Of a DNA stretch of 64,000 nt, positions 40,252 through 54,400 are shown piece after piece. The notes below the pieces were generated by a model, which was not told the DNA's origin, ran no database searches, and saw only the letters and a list, made by a program, of their open reading frames with translations. The first letter of the stretch is position 1, and every line of letters starts with the position of its first letter. A program made the translations under genes and the position numbers. The DNA is from Magallana gigas (Eukaryota): contig NC_088855.1 of the NCBI RefSeq assembly GCF_963853765.1, positions 28,210,001 through 28,274,000 of the forward strand, in the 5' to 3' direction.

Positions 40252-43200
40252 TCAAAATTCTACCCAGTTATTGTCGCTGGACCTGTAAAGATTTTTAAAG
40301 AAATTTGTTAATCATGGGCAATGAATCAATTTATAGGTTAAATAATGAGATTTCAAATAATTATATGCACAGGGTTACATCTATGAATTTTCCAACATAG
40401 GTTGAATTCAATAGCTCCAAAACACAAGAAAAAATGCATTTATGCCAATAATATACTGCTATAGATTTTGTTCTGCATTAAGTTTAGAAACTGTTGTTTT
40501 TTTTGTACTTTTTGCGCTACATTGTCATATGGAATTATGAAAAATATTCCACTTCTGAAAGAAAAATATTCCTATCCATTGTATCTACATGTATAAGGAT
40601 TCATTTTCTGATTATTAAATATGTAGTTTTTTTGCACTTGGGAAGGATTTTCAAGGGAAAGAAAAAATGCATGTACAATAGGAAACTGATGATTCTTTTG
40701 ATTGAGGGAGGGTGAGTATCTGAGTTTGGGAGGATGTATGGGAGTATGGGACGCGGTGAGGACATACTGTATTGCATTGTATAGGCATTGTGTGTATATC
40801 ATTAAATCACCTTTTAATGCCATGTGGTGTATTCTATTATTGATGACCAAGACTTTAGAAAGAGAAAGAAAGAAGTTATGATTTACATATGTAACACAGC
40901 TTGTATAGCAGAGAAACTGAGTGAAATTACATTAGAGGTAGTAGGTGTTCCTGGACAGATATGAAATACATGTAGTTGTCAAAATGTTATTTTTCATCAT
41001 GGTAATTACTGTAATTACTTCATGCATTATACATGTACCTATAATACCACATTCTGTAATCACTAATAAACTAAATGAAGGAATTAATACAATATATTTA
41101 CATACATATTTTGGTTGTACATGACCTTGTCAAAAATATGTATACTGGTTTAAAAAACTGTACAATAATATTCACAGAATATTTTTAACTGTATGTAAAG
41201 TACTTTGTATCAGTACTCAGTAGTTATTGATATTTGGTGTGTTGCTAAAGGGAATTTGCAGATTGCTTCTTATCAATTCAAAGAAAAAATTATATAAATC
41301 AATTTGACCAAAACCCACTGGAGAAACATTGAACAAATTTTACAAAACATGTAGAAAAAATCAACCAAAAAAAAAATTAAAAGTTAAAGCTATAATGAAA
41401 TTCTTAAACTGCTTGCTGCAGAACCTGTAAATAATATACCTACCCTGCCCCTGTAAAGTCTCCCCATGGGTCACTGTTTCCTTGAACAGGTTTGGCAGGT
41501 GCTGAGTTCACAGAACCACTACTGGGGGATTCCCCAAAGTCAAAGTCTAACAGATCAACATGACCACCAGAATTATTCACTTGTGATTGTGACGGGGGTT
41601 GGGACACATTGCCTGAGGGCGGGGCTGTGAATGTCTGTGGTAACACTCCACCTGAAGGTGGGGGTAATTTCACTCCCCCTGGCGGGGGAGGAAGGAATAC
41701 TCCAGAGTTGCCTCCCTTTGGTCGGGGTTTGGAAGATGTTGTTTCAGATCCCACGTATTTTTTGGTCTTTTTGTGAAAGATTGTTTTTGAAAAAAAGAGA
41801 TGTATCATAAATGAGAAACCTAGCTTACATGAACAATAATATTTTAATCATACATGTCATACAAGTTATCAATCACATAATACTTTCAAAAAATAATTGA
41901 AATACATGTATTTCCATCAATTTTAAAGTTTCTGCCAGTTCTTCTATGATATGTAAGTTTAATTAAACTACTGGTAATAAAATAAGTTTTGGCTAACATT
42001 TACGGGAAATGTTAATGACAACATTTTGTCACCATACCTTTGCTACATTAATAGTGATAGTCTGACCCTCTTTAAAACCCAGGTCAAGTTTCGGACCCGT
42101 GTTGAATTCTTTGGTGGTTACTTGAGCCTCCTCTTCTTTCTTCAGCCATCTGTAAATTTTACCGGTACATTTTAATGAGCATATGTCAGTGAAATGTTTT
42201 ATTTGGTGCTTTGTATCTTTTTTTTATGTTCTGCATAACTTGCAGAATATAAAATCTTAAACACCATTTTGGTTTAAATTTATACTTTTAATTCTGAAAT
42301 AATTTTTGGGTACTACCAGGGTTGTCTCTAAAAATTGAAGTAGAAGGAAGAAATAAAGAAGTAGAAGGGGATCTGGGGGTCTTGCTTATAGCTACATTGT
42401 GTTGAAATGCAATAATAGCCGGGTAATTAATTAAGGCATTATAGGCGGGGAAATTCCCAGCCTCCCGGGTCTTAGAGACAACCCTGGTTCTACACTCATA
42501 TACATTGTATGTTTATGCACAATCTACATTTATACCAAATGCTTACTTAAAATGATCTTGTAATGCCACATTCAAGTCAAAAGAGTCACTTCGGTCATCA
42601 AATCCAATCCCTATAAAAGCACTTCGACCTAAAATCAAGAATAGATTTCCAATTATTTTAATAAAGTCTTGCTGATCAAGACGCACTATTTCACAAGTAT
42701 CAAAATCTGAATACAATGGATGAATATTAATTCATCACTTCAGGCATTTAAAAACACAGAAAAAAAAACATATTTCATTTGCACAGACCACTTTCGTCTT
42801 TTATCCTGATAACGAAGTATCGACTGGAATCCGTGACACTCTCTACTGCCAGTCCGGGATGGTTGTCTACTGGACATTGTGCAAACAGCTCACCTATTTG
42901 TAGAACCAACAGAGATACAGGTAAGAGAAAGCATATACTAAGATACCAAAAAATCCAAATTACTTAATCAGCATCTCACATCAACAGTAAATCTTACTTT
43001 CTTATCTATATTTCTCATTACATTAAAATAGAGTATATCTATATGTATTCATTAAGCCCTATTTATGAGGATTTTTTTCCCTTAATTATGGCACTTCATA
43101 ACAGAGAAATACATGTATAAATTCAATACATACAGAACCAGTATTGTGTAAGGTAATTTGAGTTAAAAGAATTTACAAAGCATAACACCCAACCCATTTT

Positions 43201-44751
43201 ATGCTCATAAATATTTGGAAGCTGTTGAATTCATCCCTGTAATATAAATTTGTACCCATACCTGATGTTTTGTCCTCTAATTTAATAAATAACTCTTTTC
43301 CTTTTGCTACAACTCTCAGTCTCCCATCCCAATCTGGTGCATCAAGCTTCCAATCAGAGGCTCTGAATGGATAAAAAACAACAACATAATCAACTATCAA
43401 CATGTCTGATCATCATACATTGCCTTGGTGCTGAACCCTGTACTTCTTTATTTAGAACCATTTTTAACAGGAGTTTGGACTTTAGGTAGTTGTGTTAAAC
43501 AGCAATGTGACATACGTAGGCCTGTCTATTTCATCGCCGGTCACTCAGCCAGGGGTCTTTGAAATCAAAATTTTTTTATTTGGCTTTTGAGCTAAGACAA
43601 CGCAATCTGAGCATATTCTAATTGAAACCAGTGTCATTTTTCACTTGTTTTGATGCAAGAAAAGGATATAGTTACATCCTATCAAAAATCCAAGGTCTTG
43701 TTAAAATGGTTCTAATGCAAATATCTGTAGATTCACATACAGTCTTGCTATCCAAGGCAAAAAATCAGTAAATACATGTAGTCTCTTTTTTGCATGATTC
43801 TCCAACCACACACATATGTACTTTATTTTATTCAATGTTTTTGTAAGCCAATATTTTCCAAAGGAAAAAAACTTTATAACCATCTTCTGCAGAAAGAAAT
43901 ATGCTATTATACAATTTTCCAAGAGGTCGTAGTGTTGGGGTTGGGGGGATCTGATCAGCTAATCCTTTAAATCCACACAATTCAACGTATATCAGATTTC
44001 TTTTCATGAAGAGCCACCTTGCTTAAATGTGGGACGCCCCCTGTACAGAAAATAATTTACTTTTATTTGTTATTTTTCGTAGCTGAAAAAGCAATCATCT
44101 TGATTCCAGCTGATCTTCACAATTATCTTCAACAATCAACATATACATTCAAGATTTCTGAAGAACATATGTTGAACATCAGTTTTTATTGATTTCTAAT
44201 GCAAATGTTAATGTATGTGTGTTTTATACTTTCACTTTCCCATACCACCACATATTCACTATTCATTTTCTTTTCAAACATAAAATCAGAGGGAAATCCA
44301 TGTGTAATAAATGTTAATAGTCAGAAAAGATTTTTTCCCCATTTTCTGCACTCAATGATCCCAAATTTGTTTTTAAAACCAATCAATAATGTCAAAATTT
44401 GTCAGATATGTATCAAATAAAGATAAATAATAATACTTTACAATTGTCTACATCCTCAAATTTTCAAATCATTTCTCCCGATAGCAATTACTCAGAAAAT
44501 CAATTCTTTGTTAGGATTCTGTTCTTTTGCTGAATGTATACTGTAGTACGTTTTGACCGGGAGTTTTCCGACAGTGATACGCCCCCTTAACTACAGTACC
44601 ACTTATACTCAAGTTTTAAAATCAAATCAGAACAACTCGACAACAAAATACACTATTATGATCACCTGTAGCCCCTGTTTGATGGCCGAGGAGGAATTCT
44701 GTATACGTGGACATTGTTTTTTACACACAAAACACTTTCATAGTCGGCCAT
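40252..44751 (-). CDS. NECAP1: Adaptin ear-binding coat-associated protein; exons 44751-44666, 43362-43262, 42893-42789, 42628-42547, 42149-42038, 41766-41444, 40282-40252
   Basis: [22 protein letters not shown]; [16 protein letters not shown]; [15 protein letters not shown]; [27 protein letters not shown]; [12 protein letters not shown]; C-terminal WVEF (WxxF) motif. The exon 6 acceptor is weak. Confidence 0.93.
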
Positions 44752-45551
44752 GGTAAACACCTGACTTCCGGTTGCAGTGAAAACAAAATCTAAAATAAAA
44801 AACCGTTCCAGATAACTTTGAAAAATCAGGATGTCTTGATAACTTCATTCATTCAACTATGGTTGTTACTGCAGTTTCGTATCTTAACGGGAGGGTAGTT
44901 AAAGCAATATTTTAATTATTTCTAGTCTTTTTAAGGAGGTGGGCATCTATCTAAAATGTAAAAATATAAATTGAGTTACACATAGATTCCAGGAGAAAAA
45001 ATTTCACGTTAAATTGAAGAAAGTAATTTATGCTTAGTTTTAAAATTGCATTTTTAAAACAAAAGTTCACTTAGAATGTTTATCACATGAAGTTAAAGTA
45101 TGGACATGGCAAATGAAACATAGGTTTATTTGTTTACATTCGCGGATCCAAAAATCTGTATTGCCAGATTAGGTGGGGGGGGGGGGGGGGGTGTCCGCGG
45201 TCTATTTTTGGTAATTTTATTATGTGAATTTTAAGATATGTAACACCCACCCCCCAGATCTGTGCATGGTTTAGATGGGATATGTACATAACATGTCACA
45301 CATGTCAATAGATAACGTGACGTCACAATCAAAGTCACGTGATATAACGTCACAATCAAATTCACGTGATATAACGTCATAATAAAGACAACACAATCAG
45401 CATCACAACAGCATACAAAGAAGAGTTGGCAGGTGATGAAATATTGCATGTTTGTCGATAGTTTGCACAATGAAATATTGCATGTATGTATATAAATATC
45501 ATATTTAATATGTGGTTATAGAAGATATCTCTCATTTCAGATTACAGTGAA

Positions 45552-47361
45552 ATGGAGTCAAAATCAGATTCTGGAAACGGTCCAGTTATCAATATGGTAT
45601 GTATATTACGTCTAATACAAGTATCATCGATAATTTTTAAAGTTGCCACGGAAAAAAACAATCACATCTCTCATGTACTTATCTAGGAACGGGTTCCAAT
45701 CACAGAGGGCCAGAAGATTCATTGTTCAGATGACAAGAGTGCAAATGGAATCAGAAATGGAGAAATCCAACGTCGGATTAAGAATATTCCCGAATATTGG
45801 AGGAAAGAAGACTACTCGCGCTAGAAAGGCACATCAAACGTAAACGGAGGAGAAGATGAAGAGTTCGGACAAAACAGAGCAGCAGCTTCAAAAAATGCCA
45901 GACGACCCAGGGGCGTTTGATTTTAAGAATCAAAGGGTACAAGATTTTGAAGGGAAAGGGAAAGAGGATAGCATTCAGAATGAAGTCGATGGTATTTGGA
46001 TGGCAGCATTAGAGACATATGAGGAGAAGCAAACTGATCCGCGAACAACAAATGAACTAATTGAGGATTTTGAAGTTCAATCAACAAAGGATGTACAATT
46101 TGATAAGTTGGTTAAATACTTACTTGACGGAGTAAAATCAGAAATAATAAAGAAAGCTGAAGAAGGATTAAAGAGCCAGAGCGAAGTGAAACAGTCGGAG
46201 ATTGAAGAGGAAGCCTTGGGTCAAATAAAAAAGAATGAAGGGGCTGGTATGGAGGTGAAGCAAGAAAATGAAGAAAATTTCACTTGCCTGAAAAAAGTAA
46301 ATACTTCCTTGCCCGAAGAAGCTAGGCACAGAAATGATGAAGGCTTGAAGAAAGAGAAAGAAAACTTTCAAGATGAAGGACACCAACTTTTGGAGAAAGC
46401 AAAAGACAATGACAACAAAATTGTTGATATCAGGTATATATTTACTTTTCTCTATTACTTTATAAACTCTACCTGAAATTGATCAGTTATAGTTATTTAT
46501 AAGAATCAAATAAAAAGAAGTAAACGTTTAAGTAAATTTCATGAAGCAATTCAAAAATTGCAAATTGAATTTTATATCAGAGAGGAAAATGCTGTAAAAA
46601 GTTTCAAAGCACCAGTTACTGGATCAAAGGAGCCTAAACCAAAAGACCTTGAATTGGAAGCCGCCAAATCCAATCAGATGATAAAGCAAGAAGTAGATGA
46701 AGAAAAGACTGGCTTCGACACAAGAAACAAGGTAATGAGCTATTTATTCAAAGTTTTGTTTAATTTGAAAGAAGGGAAGACGTCAATGTTAATTGCTTCC
46801 CCCAAAAATCTTTGGTATTATACACACTGAAATGGATACACATTGATGCCGATGTTTTCGATCCAAATCTTCTTGTAATGACTTCATCCACTGAAATATG
46901 ATTTATAACTTTTGATTTTGTATTGAATCGATTTATGACTTGTCGTTTAGTTTTGAAATAGGTAAAAGAACTATTCCGCTTTTTTCTAATAGTCTTTTAC
47001 TCTTTTCTATTGATTTCAGCTTTTCCTTGATGACTATGAAGATGATGAGGATGATGGCTTTATGCCGAGAAAATTGTTTTTCTTCAGCTTTTCTGAATTT
47101 AAGGTAATTCTTAACGCCTGTGTTTCACTTGTATGTTTATTTCATGGCAGATTTATGTTTTAGAATTTATGAACTGTACTTGAATTCACAAACTCACACT
47201 AGTATGGTTAACCCTGATAGATTGGCGCCTTAAAAAAACTGTGTCCCTCTATCATTTTATAACTTTGGTTTTATGGTACGTGTACACAAAATGAACACGT
47301 ACAGATATTTTTTAAGATGATTTCATTTCGTTTCTTTTAGAAAGAAGAAACCTCCACCTAA
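45552..47361 (+). pseudogene. Acidic orphan gene copy 1, frameshifted in coding exon 2
   Basis: Same five coding exons as copy 2. A +2 insertion gives TAG at 45822-45824, followed by a 16-nt deletion relative to copy 2. Confidence 0.7.
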
Positions 47362-48861
47362 TGGAAGATTAAGGAATTATCAACAAAAACGACACGTCAC
47401 CTCAACACCCGGTTAATTTGTTAAATGTTGTTACGATATTAGAAATAGAATAAGTTCTTTATATGTTGGTGTTGGTATCTAACAGTACTTCATTAAAACC
47501 ATTACATGTAACATGGTTTCTTTGCTTTCTGTATCGTTTTTGTGACTTCGAAGAGCTTGAACATGCGGCTAAAAAGTCGATCAAGATTGATAGGTGCATC
47601 AATTGCACAAAAAACCTCGGACACTACAGGCACGAAAGATCGTTTTTGAAAGGGTGGGCTGCGAGGGGGCAGACTCATCCAAACATTCTTGACAAGAAAA
47701 ATTTTTTAATTCAATTTTCACATGGTCCAAAAAGATGGAGGGGGATGGGGACTCTTTGATAGTTTACTATCTTATATGTAAATTTAACAGAGAAAAAAAT
47801 TGCTCCGACAAAAGGTTTTTTTACGGGGGGGGGGGGATCCTCTGCCCCCATTTGATGCTGCATGCTTGCACGATCACTTAAATCTTGTCTGTGTTTGGTC
47901 TACGAGGGTATTGGCACTCAATTTTGCGCACCTCCAGGAAACGCAATACTGGTACCCACTTCGTTGTCATCATTGTTAATATCACATATTTTTCCAAAAT
48001 ATTACGATTTTTCACATTATCCCTCCAAGGATTTCAGCCATTTATAAAATAACAAAGCACAGAATTTTCAACGAATTGTTTTGCCAACCGTCTTATCATC
48101 AAACAAAATATTGCAATAGCATGGCGGTTTGCCAATCATAGACATAAGAACTGCATGAAAATGAAAGATAAATTCATTTACTGCGATAATTACTAGTTAA
48201 GAACATCTAGTTAATGTCTCTATGTAAAAATATACACATTGGTTCAATACAGTCCTTTCTATTTAATTACTTGATATTTTTCATATTTTTTCGAATTTTG
48301 AATATTTAGGAAAATAAAATTGGAGGATGGGGTCCTATATTCAATTTTATTATAAATTCAAATAAAACACAGAGATGCCAGAAGTGCATTATTTCGCAAC
48401 TTGTAAATGACACCTCGATTATCCTGGATGGAAGTGAAAAAAGTTTATTAGAAACCATTTCTACATTACATATATTCTTGAAAATGTCCGGCTATGTATT
48501 AATTATTCAAAAACTCATACTGTATGGATAGGTTCCAAAAATATAGCAATGATATACTTATTCCTAATAGCAAGTTGAATTGGGGATCTACAAAATTCAC
48601 CTTGCTTGGAATAAATTTTGATGTTGATTTGTAAAAGCAAAGATATCCTTAATATCATTTTTCTTTGGTTAAAGTACTATATTTACACAGCAACGTGTAC
48701 TGAGAAACAGTTGAGTGTTTCTTAAGCAATGTCGTCTTTAAAGATCTTCTATGAAACACAGAAATTTATTTCTTACAAAAATGGTGAAAATGAGATTTTT
48801 GATACTCATTGGAACATCTGGAATCTAATTTTTACTTGAATTTTCCTTCTCTCTCTCTCTC

Positions 48862-48897
<36 letters not shown>

Positions 48898-49019
48898 GGA
48901 CAAAATTTTGCACTTCTGAATTATTATATTTAAAACATCATAATCATGCATTGTATGTCTGCAGAATGTGTGAAATAAAAAAAAAAGAAATAAAAAGAAG
49001 TGCATTTTACAACAACAAA

Positions 49020-49545
49020 GGTATTATTTAAATAAAATGCTTTCTTTGATGATTCATTCGGGATATGAAGGTATCGACATTGCAGAACAATACATAACCC
49101 GCGTTAGAGGATAATGTAATTTTTTTCTGCAATGATCCTTCATAACCCGCATGGATCAACAATATTTTTCTTTTAGTTAATTAATAAATTGATTATGAAA
49201 AGTAAATTAAAATCACTTTATTACTGTTAATGTACATAACTACGTTAGCCAAAAGAAACAGCCAAATCGTCTCTCGTGAGACTTTGAGTCTGACATTATC
49301 ATGATTATTTCGTGCAGTACGTGACTTTTCTTAGGTCGCTGTAGGTTTCGACCAATCGATCAAGAGGGCGTGTAAATTTTAAGTCCTGTCAGTTTCTTGT
49401 CCGTTTCAGTCGCTGTAGATTTCGACCAATCTATAAACAGGGCATGTAGATTTCAGTCTGGCTGTTTCTATAGAGCTATGAATTAACTATGAGTTTCCGT
49501 ATAAAGAAATAGAGGGAATAATACTTGGTAGATGTAAATAATAAA
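49020..49545 (-). mobile_element. Dispersed repeat, same family as 57895-58520 but in opposite orientation
   Basis: Shared blocks in reverse complement, e.g. CAAATCGTCTC..GAGACTTTGAGTCTGACA..CATGATTATTTCGTGCAGT and GTCGCTGTAGATTTCGACCAATC. Confidence 0.8.
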
Positions 49546-49696
49546 ATATATTAAAAACACTGTAAATATATTAAATTAATACAGCAAGACTTGGTAGGAC
49601 TGCTCTTTATCAGATCGGCGAGCAATCTCAATAACTTGACATACAAAATATGATCCCTTGAGCGAACGCATTCATTTGGAAGATTATCGAAACCTA

Positions 49697-50161
49697 TACT
49701 CTGTCCCAAGATATTCTGGATTCACATTTGGCTTAATTGCTTGATATTTATAAATACCTCAGGATTCAAACGATGTTCATTCAAAAGTATGAAAAATTTC
49801 CAAGATTTCTCAGTCGAAACGCCCCCGTTAGCTTATCAGGTATCAATACAATGCTGAAAAATGTGATGTCTACGGAGATTTTGTATTGCAGCAAGCCCGG
49901 ATGATAACGTTGAAAAATTGCGCGATGTATTCAGAGTGTATTCCGAATGGAGAAAAGATGTAAACATTCCCCATTATAAATCTCCGTAAGGAATCTGTTT
50001 TCGTTCCTGTGAATTTTTCCGAGTGAAAGTTGATAATGTGCCAATGAAATTATCTTGGAAAATATCCCTTTCAACTATTTCAATTGCACTTCTTTCACAG
50101 GTATGTGTATTTTTAATAAAAATCGTCCAAATGTGCTGCATAAATATCTTGGGACAGACTA
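49697..50161. mobile_element. MITE with 19-bp TIR and TA flanks (Tc1/mariner-like)
   Basis: TACTCTGTCCCAAGATATT ... AATATCTTGGGACAGACTA, with TA on each side. Confidence 0.6.
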
Positions 50162-50337
50162 TAAAACACTAATAATTCCAGAATTTAAAAGTCATAAAGG
50201 TCACGAGAAATTTGGTACCTTGGAATAAAAGGCGGTTCTTCAATATCACAAAGCTATCGAAATATGAGGAAACATAAACCAAAAATAGAAGAATTCCATT
50301 ATGTTGAACAAATTCTGTCACACATATAGAAAAACTG

Positions 50338-51481
50338 ATGGAAGAAGCCTGTGACGCTAGAGATAAAAGTAGTGGAAGATCTAGCGAAATTGAGGAACGT
50401 CATTTGGTCCAATTCCGAGCTCGCCCAAGAGAAATTCAAAACTCACGACACGATCACCGAGTTCTTGGATAACTACAAGTTCCCAAAGGTGGACAGAAAG
50501 TTTATTCTTCCTACAGGCTTCAGGGCAGTGCGAGGCAACAAAGCCAAGGAACCCACATGTGGCACTTTTGGTGGAACACGATGCCCTGTCTGACATAAGG
50601 CACCCTAGCTGCCACAATCTGATTGTAGAGGCGGGTGTGGCTATTGCAATTGCAACTAAAGCATTTTTAAAAGTAATCCTTTCATGAAGGTCAGTTTGCT
50701 GAGCACTCCGGCTAGGAACAGAGATGAGGGAAGTTGTCCTTCATAAAAGCTCAAATATTCCAAGATGTCGATTTTACAATGACCGCACACCCCTCCTCTC
50801 AGTATTATATCTTCAGACCAAATTATGTAGCCATTTCAGACGTATCTGTGCATTTCACTTGAGTAGAGGCTCATGTGGCTTAGTTTTCTTTGCAAAGAGT
50901 TAATGCCCTTGATGCGGCGATCTTGTGCAACAACAATATGGCTGGATGCTTCACGGCATTGTCACAGATGGAGGTGCAAGGTCTAAGAACATACCAAGGA
51001 CTGCAGCACTGTAGCATTGGATCAAAAACCCAAAAAATAGAAATCTAAAGGAATTGGAAAAAACGCCGAAGAACTGTGTGGATGGTGCATCTGTGGCTTA
51101 GACTGTGATGTTATAATGAAGTTACATTCTACCTTCCTCGAGCTGTTGACTAATGAAGAGATGACTTGAGGCTTATAAAGAGCACGCCAGTATGGGTATA
51201 CAGACAGACACAGACAAGGGGTCCATTCTGAAGAATCTCGGGGGCTCCAATGACGTCGGCAATGTGTCGTATGACGTTCCTGCTATACACCCCGAGTGTT
51301 TGAGATAAGAGCAGACTGTAACACCCATGCACTCCATGTGTTCCACTGCTGTGGTGATGATATAAAAGCCTATAAATATATTCCAGACATGGTCAAGGCT
51401 CTAACTATGACTTGCATGGATATCATGCTTAAACCAGAACTAATTTATAGAATTAAAGCTGAATTTGAAGAAGAAATTTAG
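50338..51481 (+). pseudogene. PM20D2: Intronless, multiply disrupted peptidase M20 domain-containing 2 (PM20D2)-like pseudogene
   Basis: Colinear motifs IWSNSELA, LPTGFRA, VEHDAL..CHNLI, VNALDAAI, HGIVTDGG, GSNDVGNVSYDVPAIHP and KALTMTCMDIMLKPEL, in changing frames with stops. Confidence 0.85.
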
Positions 51482-54400
51482 TGATGAAGCATTTATTTAA
51501 TTTGAACTTTCCAATTTATTAAATGAAATTGATGTCCCATTAAGATGAGTATGCATGTTTTAGCCCACTTTTCTTGAATAACGTTTCTTATAATTAGTTT
51601 GGATTGACAAATTGAGCTTTTATTAATTACTAGTATACTTCAGACAATTACAGTATTTTAATGATTTTATGAAGAAAAAAACTTGGTTATGGTTATGCCA
51701 GAGGTACAGAATTAATACACCAATATGTTAAATCTGTAGATTTTTCAAAATTGAAGTCAAAATAGATACTACCACCAAGAACAGATAGATTACGTTGTCA
51801 TGATTTAACGAGGCCTGATCTAGTTGAAAATTACGAAAAAAGGAATGATAAAAAATTTTAATTCTTGGAAATATACTTGTATGTTTTATGCTTAGAAAAA
51901 TTAAAACGAAATTTTGTTACCTTGCCTTAATTGTAGTGAAATGGGGGCACTGTCAAGATATGGACCATTTTTCGTGTTTTTATCCACAATTACATACTAA
52001 AACTCTTCAATAAACAAAGAAATTTACAAATAAAAAAAAATACATGATGAAATTCTTTGTTTTTAACATATATCATGCAATTTTCATTCTTCTTATAAAA
52101 ATGAAAAGAAAATTGGAGGTAGCCTTTATTGCAGTGAAAAGGGGGCATGTAAAAACACAAAATATGGATTTATTCTGTCCAACTACGTGTTTCATAGGTC
52201 GCAATGGGTTTACATAACACCAACAAACGATTGCAATACTGTATATTAAGTTTCTAAAAGATAAATATTATTTACAATTTGAAATAATTTTCTCGCCATG
52301 CTTTATTTTTCTCTTAACTCGCGACGCTGTTTTTCGTGGAAAAAGGGGGTAGAAGGAGGAGAGGGGGGGGGGTGGTAAAGGCGACAAAATTGCGATTTTT
52401 ACTAATATCATGTACTATATCGAAAAAGAAAATGTTTTTGGGATTCAATTTCAATGATTTATAGACTTATTTTATTTTTTTAAACTGAAAATAATCCATG
52501 CATATTCAAGTCGGCATTAAAAAGAGTGTGTATATAAACACTTCAACATGTTCAAAGAGAAAGACTAAAATCGTTTACTTCTAGTTGCCGTGTTTGTTTG
52601 TTTAAACTCACAAATTGAAATAAAACAGGATAAAATTAATGAATCTGTACCAAAAAATTGATCCCTCAAAATTAATGAGGTTCCAAAGTTGTTTTTTATT
52701 TAAATATTTAAAAGAATAATAATAGAAATGCCAGCTTTCAATGCATAATCTATAGAGTACCAGAGGTAAGCAAGATCAACGAAACATTTAGCGCAATTTG
52801 ACGTCATTTTAATTGTGACGTTATTGTGTTCAATTGTGACGGCAGTCAAGGGTATTGTGACGTGCCTGAGTCGACGCTGCGTTAAAACGTATGCGCAGAT
52901 CAAGTAAAATGGGCCTCGTTAATCGGATTGTGCTGTATGATTGAAAACATTACATGATTGTACAATTTCATCATCTTAGCAGACGAGAGCACACTATTTA
53001 AAAAAGATGGGTGGATAAGGCGTGTAAAACGCCCATGCACGGTCGGCAAGATACTGAAAATTAAAATATCAAATCAATCTGATATTTCTTAAAATATCAT
53101 TTAAAACAATATATATTTAACATATCATTGATTTTTAACCTATAAATATATATGTTCAATACCGGAAATATGTTGACTCAAATACGCCTTTACGTATCAA
53201 AACCTGCAAATAGTGTCTTCTTTTTTTTTTGTAGAACTTCAAGGCATTTTCTTGCATAAAGTGGATCTGTGCTCCATATTTTTCTCATAACCTAAATAAG
53301 GTCTAATGGAAAACAAACCGATTTCAATCAACAAAAACGTGGAGAGATGACCCACTATACATTAAAGATATCATTTTGTATCCCAACAATTGAATGTTTT
53401 GAAAAAAATAATACAAGGCCGTAAATTCGAGATCAAAGTGACAAACAGTACAAATGTATTTAAACAGCCTAATTTACAAATGTATTGTGTCTGAAATGGC
53501 TCAGTGGTTAGAACACCCGAAATAAGATAACCTTAATATATTTAGAGTTTTTATGTTATGGGTTCGATACCACAGAAATTTAAGGCAATTTTTTTTCTTA
53601 TCTTTTGTTAAATATATTAAACACTGAATATAGTTAGAAATTATGCTTTTGAAAACTTGAATTAAAATATATTTGAATAGATACAATTGGAAAAAAAATA
53701 AATTCAAAATTGTATTTTACGACTAGACTGAATTGGCATTTGCGCCATCTTATCCCCCCCATCTTCTTTAGATGTTTTGAAGAGGATTCAACATATATAT
53801 GCCAATGATTAACTATAAAAAAGGCTATAAAGTATTATGTATTTGCAATTTTTATGATTAACCCCAAGCTATATTTCAAACACACGCAAATTTAATTGCT
53901 TATTTGACGCAATAAGTTAATTATCAATCTGATATCCTGTTGCGAGTCTAAAGCATGAAAATAACCAAACACGAATGAAAAGTCCGGCTATCGGTAGGAA
54001 GGAAAATGGCGGTATCGTATCTGGTTATCACGACGTATTTGGGTTTCTTTGATTATGAATGAGAAAAGTAAAATTGTGAATGAAATTTAAACGTTATAGA
54101 ATTTTTATGCATGTTGGAAATAAAGTTTTCTTTTAATGATTTGTTAGCTAAATCACGTGATAAGTATCTGTTGTAATGCGAAACGTCTCACATGCAGGTA
54201 TTAAAAGAGAGATTCTTAATTTTTGTTGACATACCACAACAGATGGCTGCTATAGAAGTCTTATGCATAGTAATTATTTTCTGCCATTTTAAAAGTATTT
54301 CATAATCAAATTAGCAGTACTGTCATCCATTACTGCAAGAACCATGTGACGTATCTGTTGGGAGTTAATTGTACATCTAATTATTACATTCAGTTAAAAG

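Noticed and set aside
41410-41424. 15-nt NECAP micro-exon (CAG|GTTCTGCAGCAAGCA|GT)
   Set aside because: The preceding intron would be under 20 nt, too short to splice.
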